DNA from: Thermodesulfobacteriota bacterium
Lineage (GTDB): Bacteria; Desulfobacterota; Desulfarculia; Adiutricales; JAGVGV01
Direction: 5' to 3'
Assembly (NCBI GenBank): GCA_040755515.1
Contig: JBFMAW010000023.1
Coordinates: forward strand, 39,383 to 103,382
DNA length: 64,000 bases
A program made the position numbers and the translations under genes. Shown one piece after another: positions 26,640-36,502 of the stretch. Numbering within the stretch: position 1 is the stretch's first letter; every line of letters begins with the position of its first letter. The notes under the pieces are model-generated. The model did not search any database. It saw only the letters and a list, made by a program, of their open reading frames with translations, and was not told where the DNA came from.

Positions 26640-28247
26640 ATGAAAGATATTGAAGCACAGGATAACAATGGTGCATCAAACAGAAAGATAAGCGATAAAA
26701 TTAAGATAAGTAAATCGCTGATAATGATAAATTCCGGTAGTTTTATGTTAGCATTTTTGTTGAACATTACCGTCGTCGTTTGGCTACAGCAGTATTTACT
26801 AAAAAGAATTTCGGTGGATGAATATAGCATTTATCCTATAGTTGTTTCAATGATGGTCTTTATATCTTTATTAGAAACAATATTAGTCCCGAGTTTAGTT
26901 AGATATGCGATAGAAGCATTCGCCGTTGGTGATGAAAAGCGGTTAAATCAGGTGTTTTCAACCATGTTATCGCTAACATCCTTTTCCGGAATAGCGATAT
27001 TGTCGGGTGGGATTATATTTTCATGGTATATTGATAGCATTTTCAACATAGCTTCACATCTTGCTTGGGATGCGAGAATCATGATGGCCTTGTTGATTTT
27101 GAATATAAGCGCCGACATTATATTGTCCCCTTATAGAGTTGGATTGAATATACAACAGAAGTATTACCTTATGAATATAATTAAATCACTAGGAGAATTT
27201 TTTCGTTTATTAATTCTATTTGTTCTTTTATTTTCTATAAGCACTAGGATATTATGGGTAGTAGTAGCTACCATAATTAGCAATATAAGTGTTATATTAG
27301 CAAAAGTATACTATTCTCAAAAAGCGATGCCCGGGTTAAGATTTAACAAAAAGGATATTAGGGTCGACCTCTTAAAGAAAATGTTGAATTTTGGCGGTTG
27401 GAATTTCATGTATATGGCAGGCAGGACAATAAGAAATAATTCTGATGTAATAATACTAAACAAGTTTGCCACGGCTTATGATGTCAGCGCGTTTCATATT
27501 GGCAGATTGTTCCATAGATATGCACTTATGAGTTGGGAAATGATACGACTTTCAACTTTTCCTGCCCTGACGGCCATGCACTCTCTTAAAATGGAACAGA
27601 GTCTCAAAAACGCTTATCTACGTGGCGGCAGGTATGCTTTGTGGATAGTGCTTTTTATCGGCGCTCCCCTAGTTGCCTTTAGAGAGGAAGTTATTATATT
27701 ATATTTATCGGAAAAATTTGTAGTTTCAGCTCAAGTACTATTATATTTATTTTTAGCTCTTCCCGCTGAATTAAGCGATATAATGTTAAGTATCATTGCG
27801 AGAGCTAGAGGAAGAATGAAAGAGTTGGCGACGATATACTTGATTATGCAGATAGCAAATATCATACTTACGTTGTACCTTGTCATCGCCTTGAAATCAG
27901 GCTGCGTGGGTTCGGCATTCGGCACTTTCATAACGGCACTAATTTTTGAACCATTGTTTCTTTGGCCGATCGGATTGAAATTGGTAAATCTTTCTCTGAT
28001 GAGATTCATAAGAGAAACAGTCATTCCAGGTATTATACCGGCGTCAGCGGTGGGGTTGTTATATTATGTAATAAAGACACAATTTGAAGTATTAACATTT
28101 ACGCACATTATTGAATGGGTAGCCATCGGTAGTTTAGTTTATACTGGTGTTTTATTCGGATTCTGTTTACAAGCAAGCGATAAAAAAGATTTAGCGGAAG
28201 CTTATATGAAAATACGAGAGATGATATATAGAAAGTTAAGGAGGTGA
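26640..28247 (+). CDS. Oligosaccharide/polysaccharide flippase (Wzx-like, MOP superfamily)
   Basis: 535 aa with ~14 predicted TM helices; size and composition match Wzx/MurJ-type 'polysaccharide biosynthesis protein'. Sits in a glycan locus. Confidence 0.75.
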   Translation: MKDIEAQDNNGASNRKISDKIKISKSLIMINSGSFMLAFLLNITVVVWLQQYLLKRISVDEYSIYPIVVSMMVFISLLETILVPSLVRYAIEAFAVGDEKRLNQVFSTMLSLTSFSGIAILSGGIIFSWYIDSIFNIASHLAWDARIMMALLILNISADIILSPYRVGLNIQQKYYLMNIIKSLGEFFRLLILFVLLFSISTRILWVVVATIISNISVILAKVYYSQKAMPGLRFNKKDIRVDLLKKMLNFGGWNFMYMAGRTIRNNSDVIILNKFATAYDVSAFHIGRLFHRYALMSWEMIRLSTFPALTAMHSLKMEQSLKNAYLRGGRYALWIVLFIGAPLVAFREEVIILYLSEKFVVSAQVLLYLFLALPAELSDIMLSIIARARGRMKELATIYLIMQIANIILTLYLVIALKSGCVGSAFGTFITALIFEPLFLWPIGLKLVNLSLMRFIRETVIPGIIPASAVGLLYYVIKTQFEVLTFTHIIEWVAIGSLVYTGVLFGFCLQASDKKDLAEAYMKIREMIYRKLRR

Positions 28248-29413
28248 ATGCCTTGAGTTTCAATGTTCAGAATGTTAGGACGTTCACCACGCAAGAAGGC
28301 GCCAATGAGGTTGCGCTTGACCTTAACATTGAAAAAGAGATACATCACATTTATTTTAGAAGTGAGAATATAACTCTATTTGATTGCCCAGAGGCTGAAG
28401 TCGCACTCTCCCTACTTTGGCACTTAAAATTCGGAATAGACTTGTCGGTTGATAGATGTGTAAGCAAGCGTTTCCTGGATTCAATGGAACGAGTGATGGA
28501 TATTTATAACACCTGGGATCGCAGCTTAAATCGTATCCGGATAAATACAAAAGAAACCTGCATAAAAGAGAATATAGGATCTGGTAGAGTCGGTTTATTC
28601 TTTTCTACCGGAATAGATTCCTTGTTTACTTTATTGAAGAATCTTGATGAGATCAATGATTTAATTTTTATCCATGGATTTGACTTACGATTAGACGAAA
28701 TTGAATTGAGAAATAAGACTTCTGATATTATAGAAAATATAGGTAAAGAATTCAAGAAAAACGTGATACATATAGAAACCAATTTCCGAGAACGACTTGG
28801 AGATCACTTCTCGTGGGCCAAAATTATGCACGGAGTTACCCTGGCGACGGTGGGACATTTAATATCTCGACACTATAAAAAGATATACATTTCCGCGAAT
28901 CACACTTACGCAAATCTACACCCGGCTGGGGCTCATCCTATCCTTGATCCGCTATGGAGCACCGAATCAACTGAATTCGTTCATTATGGCTGCCAGGCAG
29001 ATAGAATTGAAAAGGCGGCGTTAATCGCGCAATATCCTACGGCCTTAAATTCAATCCGAGTATGCTGGAAAAAAACCGGTGGAGCCTATAATTGCGGAGA
29101 GTGTAACAAATGCGTAAACGCCATGACAAACTTATATTTGGCTGGAGCCTTAGATCATTGTTCCACTTTTAGTAATAAAATAAATTATCGAAAAATGAAA
29201 ATGGCCTTAAACTTTTTAACGGAAGGTGGAAAAGCTTTTGTAATGCAAAATATTTCATATATAGAACGAAACAACGGTGATAAAAAATTGTTGAAAGCTT
29301 TAAAAAAGATACACGATAGACCTTTGTGGAAATGCTATTTTATAGCGGCGATAAAAAAGACAAATATGATTTATGAAACAATGTTAAAAAGAAAGAATAT
29401 AGATCTTAGATAA
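28244..29413 (+). CDS. Uncharacterised enzyme-like protein, paralog B (~70% identical to paralog A over the C-terminal ~270 aa; divergent N-terminal ~110 aa)
   Basis: …VGLFFSTGIDSLFTLLKNLDEINDLIFIHGFDLR…ISANHTYANL…GAHPILDPLWSTES…RVCWKKTGGAYNCGECNKC… aligns colinearly with paralog A. The start overlaps the wzx stop. Confidence 0.55.
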   Translation: MNALSFNVQNVRTFTTQEGANEVALDLNIEKEIHHIYFRSENITLFDCPEAEVALSLLWHLKFGIDLSVDRCVSKRFLDSMERVMDIYNTWDRSLNRIRINTKETCIKENIGSGRVGLFFSTGIDSLFTLLKNLDEINDLIFIHGFDLRLDEIELRNKTSDIIENIGKEFKKNVIHIETNFRERLGDHFSWAKIMHGVTLATVGHLISRHYKKIYISANHTYANLHPAGAHPILDPLWSTESTEFVHYGCQADRIEKAALIAQYPTALNSIRVCWKKTGGAYNCGECNKCVNAMTNLYLAGALDHCSTFSNKINYRKMKMALNFLTEGGKAFVMQNISYIERNNGDKKLLKALKKIHDRPLWKCYFIAAIKKTNMIYETMLKRKNIDLR

Positions 29414-29692
29414 AATATTTATGGAAATAAAGTTCTCCAAAAAAATCAATTCGATTACGAGGCCAATATTTTCGTATATTAAGATCAAGTTCAACATAAA
29501 TATTGGATTAGAAAATGAAACATTTATAGAGAAGTTTAAAGGTAACGAATATGAATAAATGAGGATGTTACATGTAATCGGTAAAGATAACGGTTTCATA
29601 GCTATGTAAAAAGCATTATACAGTATAAACATGAAAAAAATATTGAATAAATCGCGCGAGAGAATATTTTTATAAACAAGAGGAATGGTATT

Positions 29693-31123
29693 TTGACCGG
29701 ACACGACCGGAACCTGGAAGCGTTCATATCTCCACGATCGGTGGCGGTCATAGGCGCCACCGAAAGACCTGGCTCCTGGGGATCGTTCATCATGTTAGGC
29801 CTGAAGTCCCTGGATTATAACGGAGATATATTCCCAGTGAATACGAGCGCCAGCGAAATTTATGGCCTACCAGCGTACAAAGACATACGGGAAATAAGCG
29901 GACCCGTGGATCTGGCCGTGCTAGCCATTCCAGAAGAATATGTAGAGACGGCTATAGAAGCCTGCGGTCAAAAAGGCGTTAAAGGAATAACGATTATCAC
30001 GGCAGGGTACGGAGAGGAATCTGAAGAAGGAAGGGAGCGGCAACGACATCTGGCCCGATTGGCCGCCTTAAATGACCTGCGCGTTCTTGGTCCAAACGTG
30101 AGCGGCACGTTCAATCTTCACGCCGGCTTCAATGCCTCCTCGACGCCAGGCCATGATCTTCTGGCCACGCCGGTCGCGGCCGTATGTCAGGGCGGGTACG
30201 CCTTCTACGACATGCTTTCGGTGGGCGGAGAGCAAGGCTACGGCGTGGGTTGGTTCATCCACACCGGGAACGAAGCTGACCTGACCATCACGGATTTTCT
30301 GGAGCACTTCGGCCGAAAGGACGAGGTCAAGGCAGTGGTCATGTACATCGAGACCGTTCGGGACGGACAGCACTTTCTGGACGCGGCCAGGGCCGCGGCG
30401 GCGAAAAAGCCGGTGCTGGTATATAAAGCCGGCCGCACGGCCGGTTCGGCCCGAGCCGCCCGCAGTCATACAGGCGCCCTGGCCGGTAACAAAGACATAT
30501 ACCAGGGACTGTTCAGGCAGACCGGCCTGGTCATGTGTCCAACCATGGAACTGCTGTTGCCCGCGGCTCATGCCCTGATCGAACGTCCAGCCATGCGCGG
30601 ACGGCGAGTGGGCATCATCACCGTGGGCGGATCGTGGGGCGTATCCCTGACCGACGCCCTGGAGGAAACCGGGCTGCTGGTCCCCGAATTCAGCCCCGGG
30701 TTGCAAGAAACCTTGCGGGAGAAGGGATTGCCGGAGCGGGCTTCGGTAAGGAATCCCGTGGATTTCGGAGCATCGGGTCTGTTCCTGTCCCAGGACACGC
30801 CGGGTCTCCTGGCCCGGGAAATCCTGGCTTCCGGCGAAGTGGACGCCCTGGTGGCGCACGGCCTCGGCCGGCCGGGACTACATGATCGGAACACGCCGGA
30901 CGAATGGAAGTTGTTCCTGGAGATCGAAAAGAACCAGGTGAGGAGCCTGGCCGCCCTGGAGAAAGAGTTCGATCTGCCGGTCCTGATAGGCAGTTATTAC
31001 CACCCCTGGCAAAGCCAGGCGGTCAGCGACCTGAACAAGGAAGGATATAGAATTTATAATCGCCTGGTGGAGACGGCGCAAATATTGTTGATGATGAGCG
31101 AGTACTGGAGCCGGCGCCGTTGA
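29693..31123 (+). CDS. CoA-binding acyl-CoA synthetase (NDP-forming)-like protein / acetate-CoA ligase alpha-domain family
   Basis: …PRSVAVIGATERPGSWGSFIM…GDIFPVN… (CoA-binding Rossmann, succinyl-CoA-synthetase alpha-like) and …VKAVVMYIETVRDGQHFLDAARAAAAKKPVLVYKAGRTAGSARAARSHTGALAG… (ligase-CoA domain). Confidence 0.7.
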   Translation: MTGHDRNLEAFISPRSVAVIGATERPGSWGSFIMLGLKSLDYNGDIFPVNTSASEIYGLPAYKDIREISGPVDLAVLAIPEEYVETAIEACGQKGVKGITIITAGYGEESEEGRERQRHLARLAALNDLRVLGPNVSGTFNLHAGFNASSTPGHDLLATPVAAVCQGGYAFYDMLSVGGEQGYGVGWFIHTGNEADLTITDFLEHFGRKDEVKAVVMYIETVRDGQHFLDAARAAAAKKPVLVYKAGRTAGSARAARSHTGALAGNKDIYQGLFRQTGLVMCPTMELLLPAAHALIERPAMRGRRVGIITVGGSWGVSLTDALEETGLLVPEFSPGLQETLREKGLPERASVRNPVDFGASGLFLSQDTPGLLAREILASGEVDALVAHGLGRPGLHDRNTPDEWKLFLEIEKNQVRSLAALEKEFDLPVLIGSYYHPWQSQAVSDLNKEGYRIYNRLVETAQILLMMSEYWSRRR

Positions 31124-31163
31124 TCCGTTCAAAATAATTCCGGCTGTCCGGTCGTCCCGCTGA

Positions 31164-32837
31164 TTATTGGTCTGCGGCGCCGCCCTGTTCCTTGGGCGTA
31201 AAAGCTTTGACCAGTCCGTGGGCTTCCAGCAGGGAAAAGATCTCCGCTAGAAGGTTCGAAAGCGGCGAAGAGCCCGACCGGTCCAGGACCGTATAGCGAT
31301 CAATTTTCTGGGCGGCCGCGATCTCCGGCAGCCTGGCGGTCAGTTCGGTCAGGACCCGGTTCGGGGAGACCGTGTTTCTCATTTCTTCTTCCAGCCGCAG
31401 GTGCTCGAGACGTTTGGCCTCGGCTTCGTGTTCCACGAGGATAGTTTCCCGCCTCTCTTTCAGGGAATGGGCCAGCCTTTCGGCGGCCAATTCCAGTTCG
31501 GTCTTCTGGCGCGACGCTTTGGCCTGCTGTTCCACGGCCAAGGCCTGGGAGCTTCTTTCCGCTTCCAGCGCCTGTTCCCTTAAAGTCTTCTTATGCCGGG
31601 CCTCGGCTTGGGCCAGTTCGTTGGTGGCCAAGGCTTCGGTGATTTTGGTTTCCGCGGCGGCGGCGTTGATCCGGACCGAAGCCTCGGTCTCGGCTTTCAA
31701 CAGCGCCAGCTTCACTTTCTCATTTTCCTGGTGGGCCGCGATCTCCATTTCCCGGGTGGCCTGACGCCTGGCCTGCTGGGCCAGATGCTCGTTCATCCGC
31801 TCCGTCGCTTCGGCTTCGGACCTCCGGCGATCCTCGTCGGCCTTGCGCAGTTCCTGCTCCCTTTTGGCCTTTTCGTCCAGTTCGACCTTATGGATGCCGG
31901 TTTCGGTGGTGGCCCGCAAGACGCGCGCCTCCGCTTCGGTCTTGGCCTTTATCCGCTCCATCTCCTCGCTGTACTGGGCCTGCTTCTTCTCGATCTCCTG
32001 GTCGGTCTGCATGCGGCTCTCGGCCGAACTCAATCTGAGTTGGTCCCGGGTCTTCTGCTGCAGGTCTTCAAAAACCCGGGCCGAGAGGATGGTCACCCTT
32101 TCTATGCCCACCTGATCGAAGATCAGACCCCAGGTCCGCTCGATCCTCTGCAACTGGCCTTTCAGGTCCCGGCCGATCTCGTCCTTCTTGGTCAGGGATT
32201 CTTCGATGGTGATATTGGCGATGATATGCCGGATGGCCTCGGTGCAAATGGTCCTGATGATCCGGTTGGTGTTGCCCATGGGGTTTTCCTGGTCGCTGAA
32301 GTCCAGGGTCCGGGCCGCCAGTTCCGGGGCCTCGGGATTCACCCGCCAGCAGGCGTAACCGTCTATCTTCAGGCCCTGGTAGTTCTTGTTGGCGTTGTCC
32401 GAGGTAAAATAAACCGTCTGGACCGTGGCCGGGAACTTCAAGAAATGCTTGCCCCACTTGAAGAACTTGCCGCCCAGGACAGGCTTGACCTCTTTTCTGC
32501 CGATCTCGACGATATACTCGTTGGGCAGGGCGTGCTCATATAGCAGCGAGCGTATCTGGCTTACCTTGGCGGGACGGGCCTTGATGGTCTGTGATTCGGG
32601 TAGATAAGGATCGGTCATGGCTGGCATCCTCCGTTTGGCGGCCTTCCTGGCCGGGCTCGGAGCGGCGGCGACTGGTTCCTCGAGGTCAGGTTCGGTAGAT
32701 AATGAAAAAGCCAGGGCGGGTTCTTCCTCCTCTGGGGCCTCCCGCAGGATATGTTCGATTTCGGTTTCGCTCAAGCCTAATTGAGATTTCTGATCCTTGA
32801 GAAACTGCTCGACCTCTTCCCGTGACTTGGCTTTCAT
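31164..32837 (-). CDS. Flotillin-like SPFH/band-7 protein with long C-terminal coiled coil
   Basis: SPFH core (…IDGYACWRVNPEAPELAARTLDF…IIRTICTEAIRHIIANITIEESLTKKDEIGRDL…) followed by ~250 aa of EA-rich heptads. The N-terminal ~100 aa is acidic with no obvious TM. Confidence 0.75.
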   Translation of the reverse strand: MKAKSREEVEQFLKDQKSQLGLSETEIEHILREAPEEEEPALAFSLSTEPDLEEPVAAAPSPARKAAKRRMPAMTDPYLPESQTIKARPAKVSQIRSLLYEHALPNEYIVEIGRKEVKPVLGGKFFKWGKHFLKFPATVQTVYFTSDNANKNYQGLKIDGYACWRVNPEAPELAARTLDFSDQENPMGNTNRIIRTICTEAIRHIIANITIEESLTKKDEIGRDLKGQLQRIERTWGLIFDQVGIERVTILSARVFEDLQQKTRDQLRLSSAESRMQTDQEIEKKQAQYSEEMERIKAKTEAEARVLRATTETGIHKVELDEKAKREQELRKADEDRRRSEAEATERMNEHLAQQARRQATREMEIAAHQENEKVKLALLKAETEASVRINAAAAETKITEALATNELAQAEARHKKTLREQALEAERSSQALAVEQQAKASRQKTELELAAERLAHSLKERRETILVEHEAEAKRLEHLRLEEEMRNTVSPNRVLTELTARLPEIAAAQKIDRYTVLDRSGSSPLSNLLAEIFSLLEAHGLVKAFTPKEQGGAADQ

Positions 32838-32904
32838 GCGGACCTCCCGCGTGGCAGGGTAAACGGATCAAGCGGTCGGGTCGTGTCTTCGGCCGATGAA
32901 GCTT

Positions 32905-34413
32905 CTATTCGTCGGTATCTTCCAGGGCTTCCATCTGGCCGGATTTAATCTGCAACCATAAGCCGCGGCCAATGGAAAGAAAGGCCAGGATCATAAAGGC
33001 CGCGGCGATGGGCCGGGTGAAAAAGATGCCCAGGGACCCCCGCGAGATCAACAGGGACTGGGAAAGAGAAGTCTCGAGCATCTGGGCCAGCACGCTGGCC
33101 AGAACCAGCGGGGCCACGGGGAATTTGAACTTGCGCATGAAGTAACCGATGACTCCGAAAATCAGGGCCACCCACACGTCGAACAAAAGGAAGCGGAGAC
33201 TGTAGGCGCCGATGACGGAAAAGACCACGATCAACGGCCCCAGGATAGGGAAGGGGATGGTGGCGATGCGGGCCCACAACCCCACCAGGGGGAGATTCAA
33301 AACCAGGCAGATGACGTTGCCGATGTACATGCTGGCGATGACCGCCCAGACGAAGCTAGGGTTGTTCTTGAAAAGCAGTGGCCCGGGTTGCAGGCCGTAC
33401 ATCATCAATCCGCCCAGAAGCACGGCCAGGGCCGGGCCGGTGGGCAGGCCGAAGGCGAACAGGGGCACGAAGCCGCCGCTGCACGTGGCGTTGTTGGCCC
33501 CTTCCGGCGCGGCGACCCCTTCTATGGCCCCTTTCCCGAATTCCTCGGGATGCTTCGAGAGTCTCTTTTCAATGTCGTAAGCCACGAAAGTGGTCACCGC
33601 GGGCGCGCAGCCGGGAAGCAAACCCAGGAAAAAGCCTATGCCGGTGGACCTCAGCATGGCGGCCCAGCTGCGTTTGAGGTCGGCCCAGGTGGGCATCCAG
33701 TCAATCTTCTTCCCGCTGTCGTAAATCAGGGCGATCTTTTGTTCGACGTTGGTCAGGACTTCCGCGATGGCGAACAGGCCGATGATGATGCTGATGAAGT
33801 TGACGCCGGCCATCAGGTGGTCGCTGCCGAAAGTGAGGCGGGTGGCGCCGGTGAGAGGGTTCTGGCCGATGAGGGAGACGATCAGGCCGATGGCCATGCC
33901 GATGAACCCCTTGAGCAAGGCCTTGCCGGACAGGCTGATGACCAGGCTCAAGCCCATGAACATCAGGGCGAAATATTCCGGCGGACCGAAGGACAAAGCG
34001 AAATCGGCCAGCACCGGAGTGAAGAAGGTCAAGCCTATGAGACTGACGGTTCCGGCCACGAAGGAGGAAATGGCGGCGATGGCCAGAGCCGGTCCGGCCC
34101 GACCCTGTTTCGACAGGGCGTAACCATCCATGGCCGTGGGCACGGAAGAGGCTTCGCCGGGGATATTGACCACGATGGCGGTGGTCGAGCCGCCGTACAT
34201 GGCCCCGTAATAAATGGCGGCCATCATGATTATGGCCGACGTGGGCGGCAGGAAAGTGGTCAGTGGCAGAAGAATGGCTATGCCGGACGAGGGACCGATG
34301 CCGGGCAGCACTCCGATCAAGGTGCCGATCAGACAACCCACCAGGGCCCAGAGCAGGTTCATCGGAGAAATCGAAGTGATGAAACCCTGCCATAACAGAT
34401 CGAAGGTAAACAT
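32905..34413 (-). CDS. tctA: Tripartite tricarboxylate transporter large permease
   Basis: …GTLIGVLPGIGPSSGIAILLPLTTFLPPTSAIIMMAAIYYGAMYGGSTTAIVVNIPGEASSVPTAMDGYALSKQGRAGPAL… canonical TctA motifs. Confidence 0.9.
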   Translation of the reverse strand: MFTFDLLWQGFITSISPMNLLWALVGCLIGTLIGVLPGIGPSSGIAILLPLTTFLPPTSAIIMMAAIYYGAMYGGSTTAIVVNIPGEASSVPTAMDGYALSKQGRAGPALAIAAISSFVAGTVSLIGLTFFTPVLADFALSFGPPEYFALMFMGLSLVISLSGKALLKGFIGMAIGLIVSLIGQNPLTGATRLTFGSDHLMAGVNFISIIIGLFAIAEVLTNVEQKIALIYDSGKKIDWMPTWADLKRSWAAMLRSTGIGFFLGLLPGCAPAVTTFVAYDIEKRLSKHPEEFGKGAIEGVAAPEGANNATCSGGFVPLFAFGLPTGPALAVLLGGLMMYGLQPGPLLFKNNPSFVWAVIASMYIGNVICLVLNLPLVGLWARIATIPFPILGPLIVVFSVIGAYSLRFLLFDVWVALIFGVIGYFMRKFKFPVAPLVLASVLAQMLETSLSQSLLISRGSLGIFFTRPIAAAFMILAFLSIGRGLWLQIKSGQMEALEDTDE

Positions 34414-34437
34414 GGATCACCCGTTATAACCCAGCCG

Positions 34438-34899
34438 TCACCAGGAGAGAGGCCCAACCGGAAAAGCCAGGCCCAGAAAGCGTATGAAAACGAACAGGAT
34501 CAAGACGCTGGTGGCAAGTCCTACTATGGCCGCCCGCCCTATTTTCTTTTCCAGAAACCAAATGTGGAAAGACAGATAGAGCAGCGTGGCCAGCGGGAAG
34601 CCCAAAGGACTGATCAAGACGAGGTAAAGACAGAACGCGGCGTAGCTGATGGCCAGGCGGCCCCACCCGCCGCGGTCGGGCCACTCGATCAACACCGCCG
34701 GCCCCTGGTATTGCCAGGCCCGGAAGCTGAGCAGCAAGCCGGTGACGATCAGCAGGACGCCCATGACCACAGGCAAGGTCCGGGGGGGTAGCTTTTCGGC
34801 AAAGGCGGCCTCGATTTGAAAGGCGGCGATGATTATCCCCAGACCCACCGCCGCCAGCACCAGGCCGACCACCAGGTCCGCTACACGTTGGGTTTTCAT
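34438..34899 (-). CDS. tctB: Tripartite tricarboxylate transporter small subunit
   Basis: 153 aa, 4 TM helices, positioned between tctC and tctA. Confidence 0.7.
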   Translation of the reverse strand: MKTQRVADLVVGLVLAAVGLGIIIAAFQIEAAFAEKLPPRTLPVVMGVLLIVTGLLLSFRAWQYQGPAVLIEWPDRGGWGRLAISYAAFCLYLVLISPLGFPLATLLYLSFHIWFLEKKIGRAAIVGLATSVLILFVFIRFLGLAFPVGPLSW

Positions 34900-34929
34900 G
34901 GCCTGCCCCGCTTCAGCCCGGCCGTGATT

Positions 34930-35901
34930 CTATTTCTTGATGGCCCTTACTTCCTTGACCAGGTCCTTGTACACGGCCACCTTGTTCTTGATGTAGTCCA
35001 CGCTCTCGGCATGGCCCATGGCCAGGGGCACGAAGCCCTGCTCGGTCATTTCCTTCATTATGGCCGGGTCCTGGGCGATCTTCAGGAAGACCGATTCGAG
35101 TTTGGCGATTATTTCTTTGGGCGTGCCCGGAGGAACGGCCACGCCTCGATCAACGGAGTGGATCACTTCATAGCCCAGTTCCTTGAAGGTGGGCGCTTCC
35201 GGGAAAGCGCTGAAACGTTGGGTCGAGGCAAAGGCCAGGACGCGGACCTTGTCTTTATAACGCACCAGGTCGTCGGAGTTGCCCAGGCAGGCGTCGGTGT
35301 GCCCTCCCAGGAAGGCGGTCATCTGGGGGGCCGAGCCGGTGAAAGGCACGTAGGTCACCTTGCAGCCCGTGGCCTTCTCGAAATGCAGGGTGGTGAAGTG
35401 AGGTCCGGAAAATACGGCCGATCCGCCCACGGTCAGTTTTTCCGGGTCCTTCTTGGCCGCTTCGACCAAGTCCTTCAGAGTTTTGTACGGGCTGGTGTTG
35501 AGAACGGTCAAGGCCATCCAGGTCCGTTGAAACAGGGCCACGGGCACGATCTGTTCCGTCTTGTAACCTACGTTTTGCTGCATGGGCTGGAGGATGACGT
35601 GGGGAATATTAAAACCGGCGAAAAAATACCCGTCGGGTTTGCCGTTGGCCAGTTCCTTCCAGCCAAGGGCTCCCCCGCCGCCGACTTTATAATCTATTAT
35701 CACCTGCTGGCCCAGGAGCTTGATCAGATGGGGTTGCTGGCGCCGGGCTTCCCGGTCGGACTGGCCGCCCGGATCGAAGGTGATCAGGTAGGTGAGCTGT
35801 TTGGACGGATAATCTTTTTCCGCGCTCCAGGCCAGAGGAGGGAATGGTTTGAGGCATAAAGCCAGGGTAAAGATCAGGGCCAGGATCATGATCCGCTTCA
35901 T
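34930..35901 (-). CDS. tctC: Tripartite tricarboxylate transporter substrate-binding protein (Bug/TctC family)
   Basis: Signal peptide plus …YPSKQLTYLITFDPGGQSD…IDYKVGGGGALGWKELANGKPDGYFFAGFN… TctC signatures. Confidence 0.85.
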   Translation of the reverse strand: MKRIMILALIFTLALCLKPFPPLAWSAEKDYPSKQLTYLITFDPGGQSDREARRQQPHLIKLLGQQVIIDYKVGGGGALGWKELANGKPDGYFFAGFNIPHVILQPMQQNVGYKTEQIVPVALFQRTWMALTVLNTSPYKTLKDLVEAAKKDPEKLTVGGSAVFSGPHFTTLHFEKATGCKVTYVPFTGSAPQMTAFLGGHTDACLGNSDDLVRYKDKVRVLAFASTQRFSAFPEAPTFKELGYEVIHSVDRGVAVPPGTPKEIIAKLESVFLKIAQDPAIMKEMTEQGFVPLAMGHAESVDYIKNKVAVYKDLVKEVRAIKK

Positions 35902-36217
35902 AATCTAAGTCCTCCTTGTCGCCTTCACCCGACCGGGTTTCTGATCGGGCGTCGTGATGACATTTGGTTTTATAAAAACTCCGAGCGTTAATGATTTATC
36001 CTTAAGCCAACCCCGGCTTCCTGTCAAGCCGAGGGTTCGGCTGCTGGACAAGAGAGGCTTTGACTATAGACCACGGCCCCATTTGAGTCCTTGTTCAAGT
36101 CGGCCTGTTCATGTCCTGGTAGTGGTTTTATATTGGATGCCTTTTTGGTATTATGGGGTTTCCCTGGAACGGCGGTCCGCCATCGGGCCAGGGAAACGTT
36201 ACAGATCATAGGGAGGT

Positions 36218-36502
36218 TTGAGAATGATTCAATTCCTGGTTCACGAACAGGCCGACTCGGTGGGCGTGGCGACGGTGGACATCAAGGCCGGCGAAACCGT
36301 TCGGGGCCTTTTCATGGACAACCAGACGCCCATTGAAATCAAGGCCCTCGACGACATCCCCCTGGGGCACAAGATCGCTCTCAAGGATCACGCCGCGGGC
36401 GAGGCGGTTATCAAATACGGACATGACATCGGTCGGGTCGTTCAGCCTATTAAAAAGGCGGAACACGTCCACATTCACAATTTGAAAACCAAAAGGTGGT
36501 AG
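36218..36502 (+). CDS. UxaA-family dehydratase small subunit (SAF domain; altronate/galactarate dehydratase N-terminal part)
   Basis: 94 aa …[12 protein letters not shown]…[37 protein letters not shown]… SAF-domain pattern. Overlaps the large-subunit start. Confidence 0.75.
   Translation: MRMIQFLVHEQADSVGVATVDIKAGETVRGLFMDNQTPIEIKALDDIPLGHKIALKDHAAGEAVIKYGHDIGRVVQPIKKAEHVHIHNLKTKRW

Larger units (their letters stand above)
25130..29700. other. Sharply AT-rich island (visually ~35% GC versus ~62% flanks) inserted in the EPS locus; candidate horizontally acquired glycan-modification cassette
   Basis: There is an abrupt compositional change at both borders. The island contains only three genes (paralog A, wzx, paralog B), each with a GGAGG RBS and a non-ATG start. 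No mobility genes are present. Confidence 0.7.

Noticed and set aside
25130-29700. Mobile element (IS or integron) explaining the AT-rich island
   Set aside because: No transposase, integrase, inverted terminal repeats or attC-like sites are visible. It is called a compositional island only.
33388-34420. Overlapping 335-aa (+) and 239-aa (-) ORFs
   Set aside because: Both lie within tctA, whose frame carries canonical TctA motifs. These are alternative-frame artefacts of GC-rich DNA.
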